Shown here piece by piece: positions 1 through 13,000 of a stretch of DNA of 64,000 nt (the first letter of the stretch is position 1; every line of letters begins with the position of its first letter). The stretch is from Phoronis australis (taxonomy: Eukaryota; Animalia; Phoronida), in the NCBI GenBank assembly GCA_002633005.1, contig NMRA01000017.1:1568944-1632943 (forward strand), read 5' to 3'. Position numbers and translations under genes: made by a program. A model generated the notes under the pieces. That model was not told where the DNA came from. It searched no databases and saw nothing but the letters and a program-made list of their open reading frames with translations.

Positions 1-325
1 AATTTTACTGAAGAATATTGATGACGCTGTTACTCATAAATCATTTTTATTCTTTAAACGATACATTGAATTGGCAAATTGGCAAACAAACACCAGCATT
101 TCAGGTGTTACTTACCTGCATCACGTGAGAGATTTTTTAATTTTGGTGAAATTGTAGATAAAGTTCATTCTGTTTTCTACATTTTGGTGTATCACACTTT
201 GAAATTTAAAGATAAAGGGATTGTCTAGTGAATTTTGAAAAGAAGCACCTCAGTTCAGCCCATGTGTGCTAAGTTACTTGGAGTTCAGGGACACAATGGC
301 CGACAGTTACTTGGAGTTGAAAGAG
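1..325 (+). mobile_element. Right end of a piggyBac-like non-autonomous element
   Basis: Closely matches 14862-15187 and ends GTTGAAAGAG followed by TTAA. Confidence 0.8.
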
Positions 326-329
326 TTAA

Positions 330-1850
330 GAGATATCACTATGGGCGTAAAATAAACTACCACAAGGAGGCGCCACAGTAATCAGTCACCATCATCAAAG
401 GTCGTCTTCACACTGAGAACATATATGCCAATTTACAAATGATTTAGTTGATACAGGGATGGACACCAAAAACAAGATTTGAAAACAGCAAAAGTGGCCA
501 CTAGGTAGTGCAAAATACCTCGATTCCATCCAAAAACAGGCAGATAGCATCACCACACCAATAGATGCCTATATTTACAATTTTATGAAAATCTGTTGAG
601 GACCTTTGAAGACACCGAGTTAAACGTAAAAAACTAAATTGACACTAGGGGGCACAGCAGTAGTCAGATCTGTCTGAAAGTCGTCGTCATCCGTAGTCAA
701 CATCACATAAATACACTTGCTAAATTAAGTAAAGATCATGCGATCGGTTTGGGAGGTACAGCCATAGGCGCAACAAAAACAAAACTGCCACTAGGAGGCA
801 CCACAGTAGTCAAAATCGTTGGAAAATCATTGTTAACCTTCCTCTTCATAGTAAGCACATACATGCCAATTTTCACAATCACCCTTTAAGCGGTTTGGTT
901 TATAGAGGGGTGGACGCAAAAAAACACACTCGAAAACATTAAAAATGGCCACTTGGTAGCGCAAACTACGTCAAATTCATCCGAAAATGGTGGGAGAATA
1001 GCGTCATCTCACTAATAGGTGCCTACATACCAAATTTCATGAAAATCCGTTCAACACTTTTGAAGATACAAAGGCAAGCGTAAAAAACTAAAATTGCCAC
1101 CAGGGGACCCACCGGTTACCGGGTAGTCGGATCCGTCTGAAAGTTCGCTCATGCTGTCCCATTCATGAACGGAACATATATGCCAAATTTCATGATCGTA
1201 TGTCAAAGGGTTTTGGAGATAGGGCAGAGGACGCCGGACGAACGCCGCCCCGACGGACAGACGGAGATGACGGCATAATGCGTCCACATATAAATATGTG
1301 GGCGCATAAAAATGGCCAGTAGGTGACATAAAATACATTGAATCATTAGAAAAGGTGCTATCCAGGTTTAAATTTAATCTATTCGGATAATTTCATGAAA
1401 ATGCATGGACTCCGAAGATACAGAGTAAAACGTAAAAAAATAAAATTGTTTAGAGGGCTCACTGATGATCAGGTCCATCTGAAAACTCATCATTCTCAGA
1501 AATGTAAATCAAAATCTTAAGAGGTTTAAAATATACAGCCCCTGACGAGAAAAAATGCACCTAGGGGGTGCCACAATAGTTGGAGTTGTCCAAAAATCAT
1601 CATCTTCCCAGTAAAAACACGTTCCAATTTTTATAATAATCCTTTGAGTGGTTTGTCAGATAGAGACGCCAAGAACTGATTAAAAAGTTAACAAACTGAC
1701 CACTAGGTGGCACACAATACTGAAACGTTGAATCCATATGCAAATGGTAAGATGTCACCTCCCTCTTAAATTAACGTATTTGCCAAACTTCATGAAAATA
1801 CATCAAGGAACTAGGGGGAGCAGCAATAGTCAGAATTATCTGAAAGTCAT
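330..1850 (+). mobile_element. Helentron/HINE-like element(s) with ~150 bp internal tandem repeats
   Basis: Periodic CCACTAGG(G/A/T)GGC units, a GGAC-type microsatellite, and the hairpin ATGCGTCCACATAT-AA-ATATGTGGGCGCAT at 1278-1307. Confidence 0.75.
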
Positions 1851-2061
1851 CTCCACATGAGGACACTTAAGTAAGACACATATCAATTTCCACAATCTGT
1901 TTACTGTCATGGTAGGAGGCAACGTTTTTGATAAGATCGAACTCAGTCAGGCATACTTGCAGTTCGAGGTTGATTTGCAGTCTCGCAAGTATTTTACACT
2001 GAAACTTTGAGTACATTGAAGGGTTTAGAAATTATGCTTAGAGGGATCAAGGGTGTAGTTA

Positions 2062-3445
2062 CCGTATTCGCCGCAATAACCGCCCAGGGCGTTTAGAAAA
2101 GTTTGGTTAAGGCGATTGAAACCTGGTCTCCTAAACTAAACGGGTGAAATCAGAAGCTAAGATTCATCAAATTTACGCTCTGTGACGTATATGTAATCTA
2201 TGAAAGACTTTCAACAAAACTGTGGTGCATTGCCATCAAACTTTGCTGCTAAATTACGATCATTTTACTGAAAATTGTGCTGAAATCCCAGGGCGAAAAC
2301 TCGCCGACTGACTGCCTCGATATCGCCGTCTCCGATATGGCGACTTCAATGCTTGAATAAAAATGCTTTCGACTCAAGCAAATTACCTGAAATCCTCATT
2401 AAGTTTTATAAGTAGTGTCTCTAAGATTTTTTAAGTTCCATTGGAGTCTGGATTAACGACAGGTTTAAGTACAAATCTGTACAACATCGTGCCATCTACA
2501 TGTATGATTGGCAACATGGCGAGAAAAATGTCTGGACGAACACACATGTTGTTGTCACATGACGCTTGTTTTGAAGTTCGTCTGCGAGTAAGCGAGCGCG
2601 TGCGTGTCACCAGAGTTCATTTGCCAAAGCAGAGACCGTCTTTTGGCCAGAGCCACGCAATCTAACTAGCTAGATGTGTCTAAAGAAATTTGCACAAGCA
2701 ATAGGCCTAAACCAGAGCGTGTTTCATTCAACACTTGCCGGTCTCGTGGTAAAAACTTTCGACATTTATCTTGGTAAGGCCCATATTAGTCGCTGCGTTG
2801 CTGGATGCGTACGTAACTATCTGACAGTTATTTTTCGGTGTAAGGGTGTGTAAGCATTCCCTATCAGTTGTCATTTCATTGGATATTCGGCTTAAAAACA
2901 CCAATTATGGTTAATCAAACAATCCATTTCAAAAATAACGCAAACATGTTTTATAGTAGTAGAAATTGTCAGAAATTAGTGCCAATATTCATTTCTTATC
3001 GATGCTATGCAACCCGTTTCATGAATGGATAGTTCCCAACTAATGTCTTTGATGACAGGTTCATGTATGTAGCCCGTGCTTCCTGGCCACGTGCATTTAA
3101 CACAGAGTTATTTTTATTCATGAAAAAGTCGATGTGTCTACTGAAAGGTCAGACCATAGTGAGACACGCTCGTCGCGAGAGCGTAGCAACGCTGTTGCGT
3201 TCTTTTTGAAGCACTGCGTTACTTTAAAGTGTAAAGTCACTGCTAAATACAAACGTAGCAGTGCCGCTGGTGGTGCAAAATTTTTTTGATAAATTGAAGA
3301 CGTTACTGTAGCCGAGGTTTAGGGCGCTGTAGATACGTCATTGTTTGCATGTACACGTTCATGGACTGGGCGCTTATTTCAGCAAAGTCTGAAAACGCGT
3401 GGGGGGCACTTATAGGGGCACAGGCGGTTATTACGGCAAATATGG
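2062..3445 (+). mobile_element. Tc2/pogo-like non-autonomous DNA transposon with HIRAN-like relic, copy 1
   Basis: TIRs CCGTATTCGCCGCAATAACCGCC / GGCGGTTATTACGGCAAATATGG flanked by TA. Splits the Gypsy RT just before its YxDD motif. Confidence 0.85.
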
Positions 3446-4374
3446 TAAGTCTACTTAAACGATATCTGTATTACATCTAGTTCTGTTGACGAACATTTCA
3501 AAACATTAGAAACGGTGTTGTCAAGGTTGATGAAACATGGTGTTAGGCAAATTGCTCGTTAGAGCAAATTCCTGAAGTCAGAGGTGCAGTACTACTTAGG
3601 CCATATAATAGATGGCACTGGTATCCAAAAAACTCGGGATAGAGTAGTTGCCATAGTTAATGTTCCCTATCCTAGTATTAAGCAGTTACAAGCTTTCCTG
3701 GGTTTGGTACAGTTTTATGCAAAGTTCATAATGGCCCTGGAAGGTAATCTGTCCACTGTTTTGCATCCACTGCACAAACTGTTGTGCATGGGGGTGGTCT
3801 GGTCCGACAAATGCCAGAAAGCTTTTGAGTGTTGTAAGTGGTTGTGTTCTTAAGATAGTGCTCTAGACAAGTGCATTATGACCCGTCTAAGCCTATTAGG
3901 TTAGAGTGTGATGCGTCTGAAGTCTATATTGGCTATGTTATAAGCCATAAATTTGACACTTATTTGCATCCACCGCACAAATTGTTGTGCACGGGGGTGG
4001 TCTGGTCCGACAAATGCCAGAAAGTTTTTGAGTGTTGTAAGTGGTTGTGTTCTTCAGATAGTGCTCTAGACAAGAGCATTATGACCCGTCTAAGCCTATT
4101 AGGTTAGAGTGTGATGCGTCTGAAGTCGGTATTGGCTGTGTTATAAGCCATAAATTTGACAATGACGACGAATGTCCGATTGCAACTGCATCACGTATTA
4201 TAGTTGAGCGATAGTGAGCTGAGAACTATTTGCAAATTGAGCGAGAAGCCCTGTGTATTATTTTTGGTTTAATTTTTCCGGTATTTGTTTGGTGGTCGCT
4301 ATACGATATACACCATGAGCCTTTGGTGAAGATTTTCAGTCCCATGACATGGATTAGTAAGATGGTATATTCTA

Positions 4375-4894
4375 CAGGGCTTGGAATGACCAATGACAAA
4401 AAAAGCAGCTGAAATTTTTAAGGCTCAAAACATGCGCGCTCCCCAGCCTTGAAAATAGTCAATGTGGACCTTTTGCTGACAAACGACAAAAGTCAGGACT
4501 AAAAAAAAAATAAAAAAAGAACGGTACCACCCCCAGAAGCATGCGTCTGCGTCTTTTTAGCTCGTTCGTCCACACCCACTTCCACACACTTTTGGCTGCA
4601 GAGTCGTAGTATTTGTCACCTGCGGTTTACAATCACATGAGACGCCATTGAAAAATCCACCACGCTATCCCAAGTGCCCCGGCAATATTGACAATTTACG
4701 TTCCTCCGAAACATGAAGAGCAACTTCCGCTTTTCGAGGTGGAAGTCGACGGCAGCGCCGCGGTAAGAAAGAAATTTGCTGCGGAAATTCTATATCAAAT
4801 CTGATTTTTTTTACCCGGAAATATGATAAAATACGCGGGCAGAACATTTGAAAAAAGCGGAAATCCGCGTTTCCGCGGAAAATTCCAAGCCTTG
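4375..4894. mobile_element. hAT-like MITE with 6-bp TSD
   Basis: TIRs CAGGGCTTGGAAT / ATTCCAAGCCTTG with ATTCTA on both sides. A partial second copy of the right end lies at about 6020-6134. Confidence 0.8.
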
Positions 4895-5639
4895 ATTCTA
4901 GGTTAGACAGATGAGTGCTAATTTTAGGTGCATACTCGTACGACATTTGAGTTAAGAAACTCAAGCCAGCACGGAAATGCTGACTCATCATGTTTGCCTC
5001 ATGAGTTTTCAGATGCTTTCATAGAAAGTGGTATGTTTAGTATTTAGAGGTAGATAATTTCTCTTTAACGGCAAAAAAACACGTCAGATCCACTGTTAAC
5101 TTTGGTTCATAAGTTCACTTTGAGTGGATGGCCAAATATTTGCCCAGATGAATCATTGCGTGCTTATTTTATTCGAAGGAATGAGCTGACTATAGATAAA
5201 GGTTGCCTGTTGTGGAGATTGCAAGGTTGATTCCTTTATTTATTATTATTAGTAGAGAGGACACTCAAAAAGTAGGTCACGGAGCTCCACATGACTGCCT
5301 CCACGTAAAACCTACATCGGTAAATTACCCAATTTCAGACTTTAAGGTTAACTAAAATACAATGTTTTGTTATAAATCGTTGCTTCAGTATTATACTTGT
5401 AACTTTATAATCTTTTTGTTACGAATTATCAGTGATAAATCATTCTTTGTAAGCATTTGTTAGGGCATGATTTTCCGCCATGCCATCAACCTCCAAAAAA
5501 ATGCCTCTTGTTCCTCCAATCCAAAAGAGCACTATACTCTCAATTTTTAACATGAAATTTGGACAGGATGTAGTTTAGATGCGTGCGCACATACCCAAGT
5601 ACTTTTCTCCAAGTGAAAGTCAAGACATGGCGAGTTTTC

Positions 5640-6015
5640 GAACGTCTATAAGGCCTTATTTTGAACGGTTGGGAAACTAGATGTTTGTGTCGTGAATTTG
5701 CAATGCGTGTTGCATCTTGCGTGAAAGTTTGCTTGCGTGTTACGTCTGCTTTTCCAGGGACACCTACAGCTGCAATGGAAATGCTTATTGGTTTGCCACC
5801 CCTGCATATTTACCTCAGAGGTGAAGCTGAGCTTGCAGCTTACTGTATGAGGTGTAATGAACAGTTGAGTAATGCGCGAATCACGGAAACTGATGCCCAT
5901 AAGAGCCATGTTAATGCATGCAACAGGTTAATGTCGGAAACTGGAACACTTTTGGCAATGCCAAGTGATGTTTTAGTGACGACCCTAAATCAGAGACACA
6001 ATTTCTATACGGAAA
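5640..6015 (+). mobile_element. Non-LTR retrotransposon fragment (LOA/R1-like post-RT region)
   Basis: CLRVTSAFPGTPTAAMEMLIGLPPLHIYLRGEA fits the ITGA..TTPTAA.E.LL.LPPL motif. Confidence 0.75.
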
Positions 6016-6912
6016 TTTGACGCGGAAATTTTATATCAAATCCGATTTTTTTAACGCGGAAATATAATAAAATACGCGGACAGAACATTTGAAAAAGCGG
6101 AAATCCACGGTTCCGCGGAAAATTCCAAGTCTTGAGAAAGGCATACATTCTATGCATAATCATCGACTGATATACTCGGTGGATTTACAAACGCTGATCA
6201 GAGTTAGAGCGTTTATTTATCATACGGATAATTCTTTTAATATTCTTTCAATCTTGTTTAACCAGATTTTTGACAAGAAACTATTGTCCTGAACTTGTGC
6301 CCACTCTTCATTTTTTAAGACTGACAAAAAGCTAAAATAGTTAAGTTAGTCAGTGCAATTAAAATTGTCCAGAGAGTCCAAATCTTCAGTTTGGCTACCA
6401 CCATATTTGCACTTTTGTACATATTTTATGATTTGAGTTCTAACAAAGATTAAACTTGAACCAACAACACGTGTAGTTTTGTTTGCCGTGAAATGTTTTG
6501 AGTGTAGCTGTAATGTGGAAAGGTCAGGGATGGGTTCGCAATTAACTAAACTAATTAAGTTTCGCTGGCGATCACAATCTACCACTGTTATGGTACTTCA
6601 AGTTAAAAAATGAAATCAAAATGCCCGTTCTTGGTAAGAAAAAAAAAAGTGGACAGGAGTATTAAAAATGACGAAAACCAGTATGAAACCATCACTTCTT
6701 TGGGAAGTGTTTGCTGACCCAATTGCAGAAGGGAGAGGCGACTCAACTGACTCCTAACAGACAGTTGGTGGTTGGCTAGACAACCTCTTGTTGACTGGTC
6801 GTCGACCGATTTCCGACGGGTCGTACAAACATTCATCGTGTGTTGTACAAAGAATGTAATATACAGAAAATTCATAATCCATAATGTACTTGATCAAACG
6901 AAAGTAGCTCAC

Positions 6913-7070
6913 CCTACATCCAGCGGAAATTTGTTGAACGTCAACGATGCAGTAATAGGGAACTGTGTTTCCAAAAGGTACCCAGTAAGTTGAATTCCTG
7001 CAGCTGCAAACCCAATATCTAAGGCGAGGGAGCCATAGACCTTAGCACCAACAAAAGGAGTAACTCTAAC
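6913..7070 (-). CDS. Exon 19 (VRVTPFVGAKVYGSLALDIG...NKFPLDVG)
   Basis: ttttag acceptor, gtgagc donor, phase 0 to 2. The next exon was not found in the window. Confidence 0.9.
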
Positions 7071-10000
7071 CTAAAAGGGTAAGCAGGAAGAATGAATTTC
7101 ATAAAATGCAGCACCATGTTTAACACAGTCTACATATTGCAGATGTTTCAAATGCTGTGTTTGTTCTTGACACACGAAGCTGGCATTTTTTGTGGATATC
7201 TGCATGGAGTCTAAGTGAAGGAGCAAATGTCTGCTTCAGTTTAAGGTATTGGTGAACACTACATAACAGAAATGATTAATCCAAGAAAAATGTTAAAATT
7301 TGACTACACAGCAAAGGCATGCTTCTGGGGGTGTCTATTGTTGACATAAAAATGACCACCAGATGGCACACAGTACGTCAAACCTGTCTAGAAATGGGAA
7401 GGCTTCATTATTACACTAATAGAAACCTATTTATCAATATTTCACAAGAGTCTGTCAAGGAACTCCGAAGGTACAGAAGTGAGCATGAAAACGAAAATTG
7501 CCAATAAGAGACAAAATGAAAGTCAGAAACATGTCATTTACCATCAGGTTGTCACACCCTACTACCACTTACTGTGGAGAAAATGAATTTGCAATTATTA
7601 ATTTATTAAAACTACATGACTTGGTATGTAGTTTTTTTAATATCCTGTGTATTATCATTTGGCCTAATGGGCGTGGGGGTCAGGGGATGGGGGACTGTGA
7701 TGAAATCTCCCTTGGTAAAATGTATGCGTTGTGGGATGAGTATTCCGATTTCACTAATCACCTTAAGTCAGGATACAGCTGAGTCGCTATCAGTTTGACA
7801 GGGATACCAAGGGGAGAAAGTTAACAAACCAATGTTTACATAGTCGAGCCCTCTCATTGTCTACATTCATCTGATAAGCTCACGTAATCCATCAATCATG
7901 TTGTAAACAGCACGCCCGACACTAACCGATATATAAAACTTTTCCATACGATGTTCAACAAATGTTATGAAGAAGATGTGTTTTAATTATATGAAATACA
8001 ATCACTAAAAAAATTTGAACGGAGAAAAATGATTGATTTTCAGGGAAATTAAACTTAACTTTCACTTGCTGATGTCTTTGTGTGACTGTAAGCAGTGGGA
8101 CTGGCTTCTACCACAGCTTTGTGTACCAACACAATAGGCTTGTTTGTCAAGTTTAATCAAACGTGATAATAGATCAGATTGTGATGTTGGAAATTTCTTG
8201 ATTTTAACAGTCCAAGGGAATGGTACGCGACGTCTAAGAAAATAAGCAAAAAGAAACAATGAAGCCTAATTTAAATTTAAACTCAAAAAAAAAACTATGG
8301 TATGTAATTGCACATGGAAAAAGACTTTCACTAACTGATATTACCATTCACCTAACACTACTTACAAATGCTTTCATGCTCAGGAAACAAGCGCCAACAG
8401 TAAGACGTAGACCCACAGAGCCACCAGCACCGATGGCTGAAAGAAAGTAAGTTAAAAATGAGAATCAACAGTTGATATGGTCACGAATCAGCCAATGAAA
8501 GTATGAGATTAGAGAGTGGATGTTATCTAAGCCAACAAAAATGCACGGACCACTTTCATGTAATAAGACTATAAATGAATCGGGTCACTTTCGCAGACTA
8601 ATGAATGCAACTATATAGTTATAACATTATGAGATACCTTGACTTTCCAATTTGCAACATGGTTTTGAAACTTAGTAACAAATTTAAGAGGTATACTAAA
8701 GGTGACCTTAGGAAACATCAACGTCTTGCAATTTTGTGCCTTAGTCCTGTTCTGCGTTCACTGGTTACCTGTCAATCATCAGTTAATTGTAGACAGGATA
8801 ACAGGAAATACAAAGTTCTCAGAAAAGGCTCAAAAACATCACTTGCGAAAAATATATTAAATGCCTGATCACACTTTAATCCAGGTCACTTTGTGGGAAC
8901 AGCTTTGACTCGTACTGCAACTTCATGAGCCAAGCCGTTGATTATTCGTTTCGTATCAATGTGGCCAAAATAAGTATTGCATAGAGTAGTTGCCGATGAG
9001 AATCAGCTCACTTACCAAATCGCATTGGTACAGGACCAGCCATGAAGAAAACGCTGTACTCAAAAAACTTCAGATCAATTGGCTTGATTGGAATATCACC
9101 ATCAATGCAGACATCTAGCTTTGATGGAAACGCATTGGAATAAATTTCTTTGAACAACTCTGGATTGGATATTAGCTGTAACAAGGTATTTGGGTTGACT
9201 ATAACAACGTGAACTAAACCTAAAGACACAATTATGCGAGAAATAGAATGGTTTTCACTAAGCGCACAATTCAATAGGGCTGTCTCAGATTACACAGCCA
9301 TAGAACTCTTCCTTGTCCCGGTAATAAGAAAGCATGTCATCTCATTTTAGAAATCAGGCAAATTTTCATCTCTATCATTGATGTCTGTAGGCAAAGAACT
9401 TCACATTACACATCCACGGGTATTTGTCAAGTTCATCAAACGTTTTCACATCGGAGTTGTAGCCCCACAGCACAACAGTAATACGTCTTTGGCATTGGAA
9501 GGACGAATTGAGTAAAGCAACTGAGAAAAACTTGTAAAGAATCTGACAACAATAAACTCCAATGGCACAAAAACGAGACAGCAAAATTAATGTGGCTGTT
9601 GAATATTAACAACATTGTGGGTAAATACAACAAGATTAGAGTGCTACAGTGTAATCCAAGACGGCCCTAATATCACTGAATCACAAACTGAAAGTATATA
9701 AAGTTATGTGTATTAAAATTGAAGAGGAATTTCTTTTCATTAATGAAAGAACAAACCTTTGACAAAGAAAAAAAAAACAAAACACACAAAGAAACAGTGC
9801 ATCATAAAAATTAATTTTGCCAGTTTTCGTTCCTTTTTAACAAGAATCAAAATCAAGCAGAGCAATTAACTACTAAAATGTTTGAGTTGACTTCAATGCA
9901 ACAGCTAGCAGAGCAATAATATAAATTTCTGCCTTCACTCAGAGAATCATTAATATGGATGGAATTCAACCAAATCTGTCAACTTTAAGAGGGACACCCA

Positions 10001-13000
10001 AAAATGCATTTTGGTAGTATTGCAGAATGGGATAGACGTCTTGGAGTTACTACCTTTGACCAGAGCAATTCAGAATCCTGTTGTTTTTTTGATCTTATTA
10101 CACATCCATCAATTCTGCCAGACATTTGGTGAAATCAGTGATGATGATTTTATTAGTTAAGTATGCTTAAAACACTCCAGACTTGTATTCATCGAGTGGG
10201 ATTTAGCTGCGCCAGCATTAAACTTTAACAACTAGGGTTCCGGGTTTGATTCTGCGCACAGGCTGACCTCAGAAAATTATTTTTCTCCCCCATGTGCCTA
10301 TAGTATATATAGTAGCTATCCGAACACAAAGCAACTCACTGCATCCATTGCTCCGACACGAACTTCATTCATGAAATTGAGAAATTCTTTTCGGTTACCC
10401 ACACGTTCTTCCAACACATAGAAGGCAAAATGATCAAGCTTCATGCTCATAACTTGATTTGAGGTCTGGTCATTTGAAGGTCCTGAGGAAATAGTGCATG
10501 AACCATTAAAAGTGTAACCACTTGACATAAAGTTTAATATGCGCACTGACTTACCAATTACATGAAGCAGTGTTGAAATGCACCCACAAGTGCAACCAAA
10601 ATGGCAGGCTTCTATTAAATGTTCAATAGTATCAACAAGAGCAACACTGAGAGCATTCAAATGCGCCTGTGACTGCAATGCATTGTGCTTCCAGGGATGT
10701 TTATTAGTGTCGAAAATGGCCACCGAGTGGCGCAGAATAAATCAAATCCATCCTAAATTGGAAAGATGCTATCATCATAACAGAGACATGTTGCCAAAAT
10801 TATAATAAAAACACTCAAACACCTTTGACAATAAAGACTGAGGTAAACAAAAAAATAAAATTGCCACTAGTGGGTTCAGCAGTAGCGAGATCCGTCCAAA
10901 AGTCATAGGCAGCCATAGTCCCCATTTATAGTACAACACTTGCAAAATTTCACAAAAATTGTTCAAAGGAGTTATTGGAGCCAACGGCGCAAAGATAAAA
11001 CTGCCACCAGGAGGCGCCAGAGTTGTCACATCTGTCCAAAAATCAACGTCTTCCCATCAGGAAAACACCTATCAGCTAATGTATCTTTGATCAGCTTTAT
11101 GGACTAAGAGGCAAATGCCAAAAACGGACTCGAAAAAATAAAAATAGCCACTTGGTGGTGCAAAAATTCCTCCATTACAAAAGAAAATGAGACTTCTATC
11201 ATTTCAATAGTAGAAACTTATTTGCCATGAAAATCCGTCAATGAACTCAGAAGATACAGAGGTAAACAAAAAAAATAATACTGTCATTAGGAAGCACAAA
11301 GATTCAGTAGTCGAACAGGTCTGGAATTCGTTGTAATATGCTGTGAGGTTTATACACCTAATTCACGCAGACAAGAAATGCGCTCCAAAAAGAGGCTCAC
11401 TACGATTGTTCCGTTAAATGGCTTATCGGCATAGTTGTGTTTCGCATTGTTTGAACGGGATAAAAAATAGGACATTCATGGACGTTGAGATTTGGAAGCG
11501 TTGGGTCGTTGTCATACGTTGTGACGAAGGAAAGTACTAAATTTATAAATGTTTTCAAAAGTTTGATCACATTTTGTCACATCTCGGTTGCCGAGCATCA
11601 TACCAACAACTGGTGAATCTTTGTCAGGCCAGGTTGTGTTTTCATGACTACGAGTTGAAACATGATGGACTTCTTTCCAAAAAGGACAGGTCCCCAAATC
11701 ACTTGATTCTGGGGGGGAATATCAGCCATATTCCCCTCTCAAAAATATTGGAAATCACGCGAAATCCCCCTCACAAGGCCTAAAAATTCCCCTAAAGTGA
11801 TGGAAATTTTCCCTTGAAGATCAAATCACCTGTAGCCACAGCTGACAATTTGAAAGAGCGCATACTTCTACTTGAGACAGCCTATGAGAGCTTGCAACAG
11901 GGAGGGGGTGATACTGATGGTGATTGGGAGGTAGAATTTCCCCACTTGGCGAAAAAAAATCCCCTCAGAAGGCACAGGCACCTTTCCTTGCCAGATGAAC
12001 AAGGCCCTGAAGAAACATGATAACAATGCTTGCTCTCTCCAGTTATTAAAATCTGTCAACCAGATCTCTAGATAACATCCGCAAATGTTGGAGGTGCTAC
12101 AGTGGTCAAATCTGTCCAAAACTTAATGCTTTTGGCTCATTGTTATCAAGCGTCAAGTTTCATCAAAATCCGTTTTTAAGTCAGATGTTTGACATTAGTT
12201 ACTCAAAGGCATACACTACACAGTTACTGGCAAGACTCAGGTAACGACAGCGACCAGACTTACCAGCGAGACACGTCCCCCATTTGGAATTCCTAAATAC
12301 CACCTGGTCAAACAGCTGCATTTCCTTGGCACATGTCGGATAGAACTTCGAGCACAACTGAGCTTTCAAATTAACAGTGGTGGTCAGTGAATTAGATACA
12401 ATGCTCAGTTGAGCTGAGGCCATCATCTCACCAAAACCACCAACTGGGAAGTCGAACGTAAATACCCCAGCTGAAATACATGGAGTAGTATTCACGATTG
12501 GCAATATTCCACTCTGCAGATACAGAAAAGTCCAGTAAATACAAGAAGGGTGGGCATTGACAGACAAGATTACGCGTTACTAAAACAGTTATTAAGGATG
12601 ATGGGCAACATAAAAACCCATGAGGTAATCAATGTTATCAATTCATTGGTGAAAATGTTCTACGCAGCACATCAAGGATTAAAGCATTATGCATAATGAT
12701 TTTACAAATAAAATCAAAACAGAATGCAGCATAAACTATTGACTTAACATTTATCAGTTGAAAGGTTACTTATACTTAAAGGTGCTGGTCACCAAGAATA
12801 AAATTCTGGTGCGGCAATAACTGTGTACCTTGTTCTCCAGGTGGTACTTTATGTGCAACTAAATTCTAATAGCNCTTTGTCAGGCCAGGTTGTGTTTTCA
12901 TGACTACGAGTTGAAACATGATGGACTTCTTTCCAAAAAGGACAGGTCCCCAAATCACTTGATTCTGGGGGGGAATATCAGCCATATTCCCCTCTCAAAA

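Larger units (their letters stand above)
1850..5000 (+). mobile_element. Decayed Ty3/Gypsy pol fragment (RT-RNase H), interrupted by two DNA transposons
   Basis: Motifs GGNVFDKIELSQAYLQ, YLNDI (from YLDD), LQAFLGLVQFYAKFI, LECDASEVGIGCVISH, QIEREALCIIFG and HGNAD, with stops and frameshifts. Internal ~204 bp tandem duplication at about 3753-4160. Confidence 0.9.

Noticed and set aside
330-1850. Regularly spaced conserved motifs suggestive of a CRISPR array
   Set aside because: The intervening sequences are themselves homologous repeats, the period is ~150 bp, there are no cas genes, and the context is a eukaryotic intron.
8062-8259. Exon-like minus-strand ORF (RRVPFPWTVKIKKFP...) with a plausible acceptor
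   Set aside because: Its phase does not fit between exons 18 and 19, which join directly, and it is part of an interspersed repeat also found at about 18385-18840.
11814-12020. Duplicated 68-aa plus-strand ORF (also 13070-13276)
   Set aside because: It recurs only because of the N-joined duplication and has no recognisable domain or splice support.
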